Shown one piece after another: positions 85,466-95,073 of a stretch of DNA of 124,000 bases; position 1 is the stretch's first letter; the number at the start of each line of letters is the position of its first letter. Under the pieces are notes generated by a model. It ran no database searches and was not told the origin of the DNA. It was given only the letters and a program-made list of their open reading frames with translations. Origin of the DNA: Hyalangium minutum. Lineage in GTDB: Bacteria; Myxococcota; Myxococcia; Myxococcales; Myxococcaceae. The DNA lies in NCBI RefSeq assembly GCF_000737315.1, contig NZ_JMCB01000002.1, positions 20,001-144,000 on the forward strand, read 5' to 3'. Position numbers and translations under genes: made by a program.

Positions 85466-88361
85466 GGCTCTTCCCCAGGTGCTTGCGGATGGTGTCCAGG
85501 AGCTGATCGCGGTCCAGCGGCTTGGTGAGGTACGCGTCGCAGCCGGCCTTGAGGGCCCGGTCCTGGTACTCGCGGCCCGCGTGGGCGGTGACGGCGATGA
85601 CGGGGACCTTGGAGATGGCGGCCGGCAGGGCGCGGATGCGACGGGTGGCCTCCCAGCCGTCCACGCGCGGCAGGGACAGGTCCATCAGCACCAGGTCCGG
85701 CGTCTCCTTCTGCGCGCGCTCCAGGCCCAGCTCACCGTCCTCGGCCTCGAGCAGCTCGTAGTTGTTGCCGAGGTAGCGGCGGACGATGTCGCGGTTCTGC
85801 GGGTTGTCCTCGACGTAGAGGATGCGGGGCATGCGCCCGCTGTTGGCCGCGCGCTTCTGCAGCAGCAGCGCCTTGGCTTGGCCAATCACGTCGTCGATGG
85901 CGTGGCCGCCCTTGCGCACGAAGGCGATGAGCCCGTTGCGCAGCGTGCTCTGCTCCTCGCTGGTCAGGTCCTTGCCGGTGAGCACCACCACCGGCATGTG
86001 GAGGTTCTCCGCGCGCAGCCGCCGCAGCACCTCGAAGCCGTCGAGGTTGGGCATCATGAGGTCCAGCACCACGAGGATGGGCGGGGAGACGCGGGCCTTG
86101 AGCAGGGCGTCCTCGCCGCTGTGGGCCTCGGAGGTGGAGAAGCCGGCGCGGCGCAGGCTGCGGCTGACGAGCTCGCGGGTGCCCGCGTCGTCATCCACCA
86201 CCAGCACCTCGCCGGTGCCCAGGGCCTGGGTGCCCAGGGTGCGCGTCACCACCTCCACCAGCCGGTCCGGCTCGATGGGCTTGACGAGGTACTCGCACGC
86301 GCCCAGCGAGTAGCCGCGCGCGCGCTGCTCCTCCACGGACACGAGGATGACGGGGATGGTGGACAGGTGCGGCTCGCTCTTGAGCTGGCTGAGCACGCTC
86401 CAGCCGTCCAGCCGGGGCAGGTGGATGTCCAGGATGATGGCCTGGGGCTTCACCTCGCGCGCCAGCCGCAGCGCGTTCACGCCGTCGCCGGCGGGCACCA
86501 CCTTGAAGCCCGCGGGCTCCAGCTGGCCCACCACCAGCTGCTGCATGAGCAAGTCGTCGTCCACCACCAGCACGGTGCTGCCGGCCGCCAGCGGGGCCAG
86601 CTTCGCCGCCACGTCCTCCACGGACACCGCCTGCTCCGGCTGCTCTCCATTGCTGGAGGCGGACGGCGCGGGGGCCGGGCTCTCCAGCACGCCCGCGAGC
86701 CGCACGGTGAAGGTGGAGCCGCGGCCCAGCACGCTGGTGACGTTGACGTTGCCGCCGAGCACCTTGCTCAGCTCGCGGACAATCGCCAGACCCAGGCCGG
86801 TGCCGCCCACCTTGCGCGTGTGCGAGCCGTCCACCTGGCGGAACTTCTCGAAGATGTGCTGCACCTGATCGGGCGGAATGCCGACGCCGGTGTCCTCCAC
86901 CGACATCACCGCCTCGTTGCCCTCGGCGCGCAGGGCCAGCGCCACCTCTCCGGACTCGGTGAACTTGGCGGCGTTGCTCAGCAGGTTGAGCATGATCTGC
87001 CGCAGCTTCAGCGCGTCCGTCTGCAGGAACCGCGCGCGCTCTTCGATGTTGAGCGTGAGCGCCACGTCCTTGCCCTTGAGGTACTCGCGCACCGTGGCCT
87101 GGCACTCCTCGGCCAGCTCCTGCACGTCCACGCGCTCGGTGACGACTTCCACGCGGCCCGCTTCGATCTTCGACAGGTCCAGAATGTCGTTGATGAGCGC
87201 CAGCAGCGTCTTGGCGTTCGTCTTCACGACGTTCAAGTCACGCCGGCCGTGGGCGGTGAGGCGGCTGCCCTCCTCGCGCATCAGCAGGTCGCAGTAGCCG
87301 ATGATGCCGTTGAGCGGGGTGCGAATCTCGTGGCTGAAGTTGGCGAGGAACTCGCTCTTGAGGCGGGCGGCGGCCTCGGCCTCGCGGGCGCGCTCCTCCT
87401 CGTTGCGCTTGGAGATGGCCAGGTCCGTGGCCAGCTTGTCCAGGTCCTCGTTCTGCTGGCGGATGATCTCCATCTGCAGCGCGCGCTGCTGGTAGCTGGC
87501 CAGCGAGCGGGCGGAGACGGACTTCGTGCGCTTGAGCTCATCGAGGTTCTCGGCCAGCTTCTTGTTGGCCGCCTGGAGCGCCGCCTCGTTGCGCTTGCGC
87601 TCGGTGATGTCCTCGGTGACGCCCATCACATAGAGGACCTCACCCTGCTCATTGGTGAGGGGGATCTTCCGGGTGCCGAACTGGCGATCCTCGCTGACGA
87701 CGCGCGCGACCTCCTCGAAGGATTTGATCTGCTTGGAGGCGGCCACCTCGCGATCAATGGCGACGAAGGCGTCGGCCTGCTCCTTGGGGAAGTAGTCGTG
87801 ATCCAGCTTCCCGAGCAGGCCCTCCTTGGTGGTCTGAAACGAGTCCGTGAACGTCTTGTTGACGACCTTGAGCCGCAGCTCCTTGGCATCCTTGACGAAG
87901 AGGATGAAGGGCAGGCTGTCGATGATCTTGTTGAGCAGCCAGACCGTGCGCTGGAGCTCCTCCCCCTGCTCGTGCTGGTGTCCGCGCGCGAGGATCAGCC
88001 CCAGCCGGCCCAGCTGCTCTTCGGTGAGGTAGTCGCTGGCCCCGGCTTGCATGGCGGCCGCCAGTGTCTCCTCGTTCCACTGGCGTGACAGCACCACGAA
88101 GGGCGTACCGTGGCCCTTTTGCTTCCAAGTGGCGTGAATCTGCTCCAGGGAGAGCGCCCCCGGCTCCGTGCCGAACACCACCAGAGACCAGGGCTTCGCC
88201 AACGCAGCAGCGAGCGCGTCGGCGCTGGAGACCCGCTCCACCTCGTGCCGCGGCGACACTCGGCGCAGTGCGTTTAGAACCTGCTCGGTCTCGCGTTCGC
88301 TGGTGTGGAGGAGGATGCGGTGGGTAGGGCTTTCGGTTTGCGCGAGGGGCGAGAGGCTCAT
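85458..88361 (-). CDS. Hybrid kinase: pseudo-receiver, PAS, HisKA/HATPase and three receivers
   Basis: FLANFSHEIRTPLNG, NAAKF, GGTGLGL; REC motifs ILDIHLP, VLDLMMP, LMDLSLP. Confidence 0.94.
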   Translation of the reverse strand: MSLSPLAQTESPTHRILLHTSERETEQVLNALRRVSPRHEVERVSSADALAAALAKPWSLVVFGTEPGALSLEQIHATWKQKGHGTPFVVLSRQWNEETLAAAMQAGASDYLTEEQLGRLGLILARGHQHEQGEELQRTVWLLNKIIDSLPFILFVKDAKELRLKVVNKTFTDSFQTTKEGLLGKLDHDYFPKEQADAFVAIDREVAASKQIKSFEEVARVVSEDRQFGTRKIPLTNEQGEVLYVMGVTEDITERKRNEAALQAANKKLAENLDELKRTKSVSARSLASYQQRALQMEIIRQQNEDLDKLATDLAISKRNEEERAREAEAAARLKSEFLANFSHEIRTPLNGIIGYCDLLMREEGSRLTAHGRRDLNVVKTNAKTLLALINDILDLSKIEAGRVEVVTERVDVQELAEECQATVREYLKGKDVALTLNIEERARFLQTDALKLRQIMLNLLSNAAKFTESGEVALALRAEGNEAVMSVEDTGVGIPPDQVQHIFEKFRQVDGSHTRKVGGTGLGLAIVRELSKVLGGNVNVTSVLGRGSTFTVRLAGVLESPAPAPSASSNGEQPEQAVSVEDVAAKLAPLAAGSTVLVVDDDLLMQQLVVGQLEPAGFKVVPAGDGVNALRLAREVKPQAIILDIHLPRLDGWSVLSQLKSEPHLSTIPVILVSVEEQRARGYSLGACEYLVKPIEPDRLVEVVTRTLGTQALGTGEVLVVDDDAGTRELVSRSLRRAGFSTSEAHSGEDALLKARVSPPILVVLDLMMPNLDGFEVLRRLRAENLHMPVVVLTGKDLTSEEQSTLRNGLIAFVRKGGHAIDDVIGQAKALLLQKRAANSGRMPRILYVEDNPQNRDIVRRYLGNNYELLEAEDGELGLERAQKETPDLVLMDLSLPRVDGWEATRRIRALPAAISKVPVIAVTAHAGREYQDRALKAGCDAYLTKPLDRDQLLDTIRKHLGKSHG

Positions 88362-89524
88362 CAGTTGGATCCGAACGCCAGCACGGTCAGCGTGGTGTTG
88401 ATGTGGAACCCCGAGTAGATCTCGAAGTGCACATTCATTCCAGCCGCCGTCGGCGCGGAGCGCAAGGTCTCCGCCAATTCGGGAACCTTACCTGTAGCGC
88501 TCGCGTACCACATACGCCCACCGCAATGAAACAGGAGGACAGCCTGGGGGTTGTGTACCCGCCTGGGCAGCTCCTCCGTGAAGAAGGACTTCGTCATTCC
88601 GGCCATGTCGCCAATCTTCATGAGCTCCAGCTCGGAGCCCTCCTCCAGCAAGTTGGCGAAAAGAATGGAGTTATCCTCGAGGATGGGCTTCCAGGGGGCG
88701 CGGATGAAGTACTCGCGTCCCACGCGGAGTGCGGTCGGGCGGACGGCGAAGCCCTTGGGGGTTCCGAACTCCAGCTCACTCGGCTGGCACCCGAGCAGGT
88801 CCGCGTAGCGCTGGGCCGCCGGCTTGCCATCAATCTCCAGGGCGCGGGTGTGCGTCTCGTCGACCTTGGTAATCGTCATCCGCTCGCCGGTGGGGATGTA
88901 CCAGTGCGAGCGGAGGGCGGCGAACGGGGCGTTGGTGCGGAACAGGGCCACGAGCACCGCGTCGGTGGCGACTTCACCGTCCACGTGGAGCTGCGAGGAC
89001 TGCTTGGAGATGTCGCGGTTGTCGTCGCTGGCGCCGCCGCCCACGAGCACCAGCGTCTGGTTCTTCTCGAGGATGCCCAGCAGCAGCTCTTCCTTCTTGT
89101 AGCGGAAGCCGTCGTCAATCACGAGGCCCACGTACTTGCGCGGATCCAGATCCGCCTGCCGCACGCCGAGCTCCTCGCAGGCCTTCTTGATGGCGTTGCC
89201 GCCCGCGGAGACGGCATCCAGGCTCAGGCCGGTGCCCAGGCCCACGCCCACGTCGAAGTCCCCGTAGAGGGCGCCGAGCACCACGGAGCCGGAGTGGATG
89301 CCGGTGTTGTCCAGCTCACCGGCGGTGGTGGCGCCCACCAGGCGGCAGCCCTTGGGGAGCCGCTCGCGCACGGCGCGGTTGAGCGCGCTCTGGTCGCGCT
89401 CACGCGAGGCGAACATCATCACCAGCTTGGGGGTGATGCTGCCCAGCTGCTTCATCAAGTCCTCCGCGGCCGCGACGGGCTCCTTCTCGGTGCTGCGAGC
89501 CGTCTGCATCTTCACTTGCGCCAT
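88361..89524 (-). CDS. FIST-domain (FIST_N + FIST_C) signal transduction protein
   Basis: LVGATTAGE, LVGGGASD, ALEIDGKPAAQRY, LFHCGGR, GMNVHFEI; TGATG overlap with the kinase. Confidence 0.9.
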   Translation of the reverse strand: MAQVKMQTARSTEKEPVAAAEDLMKQLGSITPKLVMMFASRERDQSALNRAVRERLPKGCRLVGATTAGELDNTGIHSGSVVLGALYGDFDVGVGLGTGLSLDAVSAGGNAIKKACEELGVRQADLDPRKYVGLVIDDGFRYKKEELLLGILEKNQTLVLVGGGASDDNRDISKQSSQLHVDGEVATDAVLVALFRTNAPFAALRSHWYIPTGERMTITKVDETHTRALEIDGKPAAQRYADLLGCQPSELEFGTPKGFAVRPTALRVGREYFIRAPWKPILEDNSILFANLLEEGSELELMKIGDMAGMTKSFFTEELPRRVHNPQAVLLFHCGGRMWYASATGKVPELAETLRSAPTAAGMNVHFEIYSGFHINTTLTVLAFGSN

Positions 89525-89549
89525 GGAGGACCTCCGGGTGTGGGAGCGG

Positions 89550-91379
89550 CTAGAGGCCGCTCTGAGGGTGATTAGTGTGGCAGGTACTGGTGCACTGCTG
89601 GAAGGATTCGCTGCCGCCCCCCACATACATGCTCTTGAGGGGGCCGAATTGGGCCTGGTGCTGGGGGGACCACGTCTTGTGGCACGAGAAGCATGCAGCC
89701 TTGCTGGTGCGCTGGATGCTGGAGCGGTTCAGGTGGCAGCTGCTGCACTGAGCCAGGTTGGTATCAAACCGGTCCGAGCGCGAGTGGATGAAGTGCACGC
89801 GCACGAAGATGGGGCCCTCCAGCTCGAAGGAGAGGGGGGCGTGGCAGCCGTTGCAGGCGGCTCGGTTGTCGTTGCCGTGGAGCACGCTGGCCAGCTCGCC
89901 GCCCTTGCTGTGGCAGCTGTTGCACGGGCCGGTGGTGGGCACCGGGGTGGTCTGCTGCCGGGTGCCGACCTGGATTTCCAGGGTGCGGCTGTAGGGCATG
90001 TCCTCGCCCAGGTACACACGGCGGCCCTTCACCGTGACGAGGTAGGTGCCAGGCACGGCGTTGGCGGGCAGCTGGGTGGTCCACGTGTCGCTGACGGGCG
90101 CAGCCCAGCCGGCGTGGGTGGGATCGAACGCACCGCCGAACAGGTTCGGGCCCTTCGGGATGGTCTGCACCTGGGAGAAGAGGCCGTCACGCTCGAAGGT
90201 GGCCGGCGTCTGGACGGTAGGCCCCAGGAAGTCGTTGAGGTCGAGGATGGAGCGGATGGGCTGGATTCTCTGGGCCGGCCCGATGATCTGCGTCATCAGC
90301 ATGCGCTCGCGGTGCTTCCTGCGGTAATACGTGGCCGACGGATCGAAGAACGCCCGATAGTACTGGATGCCCGGCTCATTGTTGCCGAAGACAACCTCAT
90401 TATACGTCGGAAGCGAGCCCTGGGGGTGGAGCCTGCGGCCGGAGCCATCCTTCAGGGTGAGACGGAAGGTGATGGAGGTGCCCGGGGCGTAGGTACCGTC
90501 CGCGCGGGGCGGAGTGACGGGCACCATGTCGATGGAGAAGCCGTAGTCATACGCGGGGCGTGCCACCTGCTCCACGGGGATGGTGTACGGGGCGCTGGGG
90601 CGCAGGGACCAGCGCAGGCGGAGCGCCTTGGTGCGCGAGTCGAGCTTCAGCAGCTTCTCCTTGCACGGGGTGCGGGCGTTGCGCAGCTCCACCAGCGCCT
90701 CCTCCATGAAGTTGTTGGCGCCCGCGCAGCTCTCCAGCGAGCGGCAGTCATACGTCCACTGGATGGCGCGGAAGCGGCGGACGAAGAAGTCGTCGTCATC
90801 CCGGCGCTGGTCGTTGGCGCCCGCGTTGAGCTCCAGGGGGCGGCCGAGGGTGCGGCCCTGGGCGTCCACCTGCTCCACGATGAAGATGCTGGGCAGGTCC
90901 ATCCACAAGGCGTTCCGGTAGAAGCGGCGGCGCTTGTAGCCCTCGGGGCCCGGAGACAGCTCGAACTCCTCGTCCACCTGCCGCACGCCAAGCCACCCCA
91001 GGCCGGCGAACAACCCGTTGCGGCGCAGGCCGTCCACGCCTTCGTCCCGGGTGGCCGTCACCGAGCTGCGCAGGTCGATCTGGTTGATGAAGAAGGTCTG
91101 CCCCGCCTTCACGCGCAGCGGGATGCCCTCGCCGTCCTCCACCTCGAGCGCCAGGCTCACGGCCTTGTCGGTCGACGGGTCCGAGCGGCGCTCGTCGTCG
91201 GCGTCCTCCACGGCCTGGGACTGAGTGCTCAGCTCGGAGGGGGCGCTGGCGCCCGCCGGCTCTGCGCCGCACGCGGCCATCAGCGGGGTGAGTGAAGCAA
91301 GCAGGAGCACCACACCGAGCGACCCCACCTGTCGGGTGGTCTCGACCTTCATTGCCAGCGGCGCCGTCGACTTACGCAT
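89550..91379 (-). CDS. Lipoprotein multiheme c-type cytochrome (four CxxCH + one CxxxCH)
   Basis: LMAAC lipobox; CNSCH, CNGCH, CSSCH, CFSCH, CTSTCH in the last 130 aa. Confidence 0.8.
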   Translation of the reverse strand: MRKSTAPLAMKVETTRQVGSLGVVLLLASLTPLMAACGAEPAGASAPSELSTQSQAVEDADDERRSDPSTDKAVSLALEVEDGEGIPLRVKAGQTFFINQIDLRSSVTATRDEGVDGLRRNGLFAGLGWLGVRQVDEEFELSPGPEGYKRRRFYRNALWMDLPSIFIVEQVDAQGRTLGRPLELNAGANDQRRDDDDFFVRRFRAIQWTYDCRSLESCAGANNFMEEALVELRNARTPCKEKLLKLDSRTKALRLRWSLRPSAPYTIPVEQVARPAYDYGFSIDMVPVTPPRADGTYAPGTSITFRLTLKDGSGRRLHPQGSLPTYNEVVFGNNEPGIQYYRAFFDPSATYYRRKHRERMLMTQIIGPAQRIQPIRSILDLNDFLGPTVQTPATFERDGLFSQVQTIPKGPNLFGGAFDPTHAGWAAPVSDTWTTQLPANAVPGTYLVTVKGRRVYLGEDMPYSRTLEIQVGTRQQTTPVPTTGPCNSCHSKGGELASVLHGNDNRAACNGCHAPLSFELEGPIFVRVHFIHSRSDRFDTNLAQCSSCHLNRSSIQRTSKAACFSCHKTWSPQHQAQFGPLKSMYVGGGSESFQQCTSTCHTNHPQSGL

Positions 91380-91756
91380 GAGGGCCCCTCCTTGCTGCTG
91401 GCCGGGGAGAGGGAAGAGACCCCGGCCTTCTGATTATGTCCCCTGAACTCTCTTCTAAAACAGAGAGTACCAGAGAATCGTCATTTCCGGCTTTAGCCGG
91501 AAGAGGCTGTTTCGAGCAGAAGAAAGAATATCCGTCTCAGGCAGAACAATTCAACTGTTAAGAAACTTGAACGGGCCTGAAAAGCGGTGAGATTGAAACA
91601 GAGCGTAATTTTCCCTTAAATCCTCAAAAACTGGGGTGTTTCAGGGGGGATTGAAAACAGGGTGTGGGGCGAAATCCGAGAGGGTGTGTGAACGAGGAAT
91701 CCTTGACTTCCCAACCCATTTCTTATTGAGCCGAGCGGGATTTTTTGGATCGCAAC

Positions 91757-91825
91757 GAGCGCTCCAGAAATGGAGAAAACGGCGCTCCAGAGCGCTCTCC
91801 GCACGTAGCAGGTGAGAGCGCTCTG
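91757..91825. promoter_or_regulatory. Cluster of GAGCGCTC palindromes (LacI-family operator-like), also forming a 12-bp inverted repeat
   Basis: CAGAGCGCTCTC (91788-91799) / GAGAGCGCTCTG (91814-91825), plus GAGCGCTCC near 91757, in an AT-rich divergent intergenic region. Confidence 0.45.
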
Positions 91826-92028
91826 GGCCGACCCGGGCCTCGCGCGAGGGACGGCGCGGCGATTCAGGGGACACCACTCACCAGGTTGGGCCGCGGAGGC
91901 TGGCGTGAGGGGCGAGGGAGAGGAGGTGCGCCCCTGCTTCGTTGCTCGGGGTGCGTTGCGGAATGGCCTTCCTCGGCGCACGGCGTTAAGAGGCGAGCCC
92001 CGTTTTCTTTGGCCCCCAGCGATCTCCT

Positions 92029-95000
92029 ATGTCCCTCGTCGAAGGTCTCAAGGTTCGTTATCTCCCGCAGCCCGAGTGGGGCGTGGGTCACCTTGCCGCG
92101 CTCCAGGAAGGGGGCGCCAAGGCGGTCGTCTTCTTCCCGGCCCGCGAGGACTCCGCGGTGCTCGTCTCCACCAAAGGCGGGGCGCTCGTGTCGTACGCGC
92201 TGCCCAGCGGGGAGCCCGTCGTGACCGTCAAGGGACGGCAGGCCACCGTGGTGCGCGAGGAGCCCGGGGCTCGTGGGCTGCGCCGGTACGTCATCCGCTA
92301 CGCAGACACCGGTGAAGAGGACGAGATGCCCGAGTCCGAGCTGCGCGCGCTGCCTCCGCGCTCGGATCTGCTCTCCACCCTGCGCGAGGGCCGCGTCGGG
92401 GATTCCAAGGCCTTCATGCTCCGGAAGCAGGCGCTCGTGCTGGACGATGAGCGCCGGTGTGACGCCCTGGGCGCGCTGCTGGCCAGCCGGGTGATGGTGA
92501 AGCCTCACCAGGTGGGCGTGGTGCAGCGCGTGCTCTCCGCGCGCCGTCCGCGCTTCGTGCTCGCCGATGAGGTGGGCCTGGGGAAGACCATTGAAGCGGG
92601 CATGGTGTTCAGTGCGCTCCGGCTCTCGGGGCTCGCGCGCCGCGTGCTCGTGGTGGCCCCCAGCCACCTGACCGTGCAGTGGCTCGTGGAGCTGTTCCAC
92701 AAGTTCAACCAGCTCTTCACGTTGATGGACTCCGACCGCTACGCGCAGTCCCTCAAGGAGCAGCCCGAGGTGTCTCCCTGGGAGCGCTTCCCGCTCGTGG
92801 TGACCAGCCTGGAGATGCTCGCGCGCAACGAGGAGCACCGGCAGGCCGTCGCCGAGGAGGATGCGTTCTGGGATCTCGTCATTATTGATGAGGCCCACCA
92901 CCTCAAGGGCGAGAAGGCGTTCGAGGCCGCCGAGGCGCTCGCGGGCAATAGCTGGGGCCTGCTGCTGCTCACCGCCACGCCCATGCAGCTGGACCCGGCC
93001 GAGTACCACGGGCTGCTCACGCTGATCGACGCGGCCACCGCGCCCACGGTGAAGGGTTTCGAGTCGCGCTTGGCCCGGCAGGAGGAGCTGTCCACCGCTG
93101 TCCGCGCGCTGCTCGAGGGCAATGAGCCCGCCAAGGCCGTGAAGGCGCTGGCCAAACGCTTCCCCGAGGACGCCAAGCTCCAGGGGCTCAAGGACCGGGA
93201 CGCGCTGCTGGAGCACCTCGCGGAGACGTACAGCCTGTCCGACCGGCTCGTGCGCAACCGTCGCGCCATTGTCGGCGGCTTCTCCACCCGGCGCCTGCAC
93301 CGCCACCCGGTGAAGCTCTCCGCCGAGGAGCTGAAGACACGCGATAGCGCCTTGGCGGCCCTCGCGAAGTCGAGCCTGCGCGGCGCGCCGCTGGCCAACG
93401 TGCTGCGCCGGCTGGAGTCCAGCCCCTCGGCGTTCGCTGGTGCCGTCAGCTCCAACCCCGCGCTGAAGGGCGCGGATCTGAAGCTGCCGTCGCGGGATGC
93501 GAAGCTGGTGGCGTTCCTCGGCGTGCTGCGCGGCATCTGGGCCTCTGAGGCCGCCGCCAAGGTGCTCGTGTTCACCGAGAGCCGCGACACCCTGGAGGCC
93601 CTGCAGGCGGAGCTGGGCCGCGAGGGCATCGAGGCGCTCGGCTACCACGGCGACTTGCCGCTGGTGGAGAGAGACAGACAGGTGGCGCGCTTCCGCGATC
93701 CCGAGGGCCCCAAGGTCCTGCTGTGCACCGAAGTCGGTGGCGAGGGCCGCAACTTCCAGTTCGCCCACCACCTGGTGCACTACGACTTGCCGTGGAGCCC
93801 CGGCACCGTCGAGCAGCGCATCGGCCGCCTGGACCGCATCGGCCAGACGAAGCCGGTGGAGATCCACGTGTTTGACCCAGCGGGCACGCTCGCCTCGGAC
93901 GTGCTGATGCTGCTGGCGGACGCGGTGGGAGTGTTCGGCGAGACCGTGGGTGGCCTCGACGCGGTGCTGGAGGAGGTGGAGGACCGGATCGCCGAGCTGG
94001 CACTGCTGCCTCGCGAGGCCCGCGTCGCCTACGCGGCCGAGCTGAAGACCAAGGTGGAGGCGGCTCGGGCGCAGGTGAAGCGCGCGTATGACCCGCTGCT
94101 GGATCTGCGCTCCTTCGACAAGCCGGCGGTGGCGCGGCTGGTGGCGCGTGCGCAAGCGCGCATGGGCATGGAGGAGGAGGACGAAGAAGAGGGCGAGGAG
94201 CTGCCGCTGGAGGATGGCCTCTGGGGCGTGGCGAGAGACCTCGACGAGCGGCTGGAGGAGACCGTCACGGAGCTGGCCAAGCGGGTCGGCATCCGCGTGG
94301 ACACGGACGAGGAGGTGGACGCGTTCCAGTGCGCCTTCCACTTCGGCCATGCGCTCAACGTGGAGGGGCTGCCCGGACTCGACGTGATGGAGGACCGGAC
94401 GCTGCTGGGCACTTTCTGGCGCGACACGGCGGTGGAGGCCGAGGAACTGGAGTACTTCGCCACTGGGCACTCGCTGGTGGAGGCGCTGTTCGGCTTCCTG
94501 CGCGACGGGCCGTACGGGCGCAGCGGCTTCCGGTTCATCGAGAAGCGCGGGCCCCTCAAGGCGCGCGGGCTGGAGCTGCTCTACCACGTGCAGACGCCCG
94601 AGCCCGAGGACACCTCTGCCGGTGCCCGTGTGCCGAGCCGTCAGCTCGCGCGCTTCCTGGAGCGCACGCTGCTGCCGGTGGCCGTGGCCGAGGGGCCGGG
94701 TGGTGCCAAGGCGGATGCGACGCTGCTGCCCGCGCTGGAGGCAGAGGGCCGCGCGCTCAAGGGCGACGAGGTGTCGCGCGCGTTCCCGGGTGTCCGCGCG
94801 TTCGTGGACGCGGCGGTGACCGTGGGACAGAAGGCCGCCGAGGCGGAGCTGGGCAAGCTGGCCGCGAAGGCGCGCAAGGCCATCGAGGCCGAGCGGGACG
94901 CCACGCTGGAGCGGATGCGTCTGTCACTGGGACACCAGGGGCTGGATGCCAAGGCGCTGGAGGCCCAGCTCGACGCGGAGCGCACGCACTACGAGCGCCT

Positions 95001-95067
95001 GCTGAAAGCACTGGCGGGCGCGAAGGTGGTGCTCGACTCGGCCTGCGGGTTCGTCATCAACCGCTGA
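92029..95067 (+). CDS. rapA: SNF2-family helicase, RapA/HepA-like
   Basis: LADEVGLGKT, IIDEAHH, LLTATP, GGEGRNFQ, EQRIGRLDRIGQ. Confidence 0.85.
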   Translation: MSLVEGLKVRYLPQPEWGVGHLAALQEGGAKAVVFFPAREDSAVLVSTKGGALVSYALPSGEPVVTVKGRQATVVREEPGARGLRRYVIRYADTGEEDEMPESELRALPPRSDLLSTLREGRVGDSKAFMLRKQALVLDDERRCDALGALLASRVMVKPHQVGVVQRVLSARRPRFVLADEVGLGKTIEAGMVFSALRLSGLARRVLVVAPSHLTVQWLVELFHKFNQLFTLMDSDRYAQSLKEQPEVSPWERFPLVVTSLEMLARNEEHRQAVAEEDAFWDLVIIDEAHHLKGEKAFEAAEALAGNSWGLLLLTATPMQLDPAEYHGLLTLIDAATAPTVKGFESRLARQEELSTAVRALLEGNEPAKAVKALAKRFPEDAKLQGLKDRDALLEHLAETYSLSDRLVRNRRAIVGGFSTRRLHRHPVKLSAEELKTRDSALAALAKSSLRGAPLANVLRRLESSPSAFAGAVSSNPALKGADLKLPSRDAKLVAFLGVLRGIWASEAAAKVLVFTESRDTLEALQAELGREGIEALGYHGDLPLVERDRQVARFRDPEGPKVLLCTEVGGEGRNFQFAHHLVHYDLPWSPGTVEQRIGRLDRIGQTKPVEIHVFDPAGTLASDVLMLLADAVGVFGETVGGLDAVLEEVEDRIAELALLPREARVAYAAELKTKVEAARAQVKRAYDPLLDLRSFDKPAVARLVARAQARMGMEEEDEEEGEELPLEDGLWGVARDLDERLEETVTELAKRVGIRVDTDEEVDAFQCAFHFGHALNVEGLPGLDVMEDRTLLGTFWRDTAVEAEELEYFATGHSLVEALFGFLRDGPYGRSGFRFIEKRGPLKARGLELLYHVQTPEPEDTSAGARVPSRQLARFLERTLLPVAVAEGPGGAKADATLLPALEAEGRALKGDEVSRAFPGVRAFVDAAVTVGQKAAEAELGKLAAKARKAIEAERDATLERMRLSLGHQGLDAKALEAQLDAERTHYERLLKALAGAKVVLDSACGFVINR

Positions 95068-95073
95068 GCCTCT

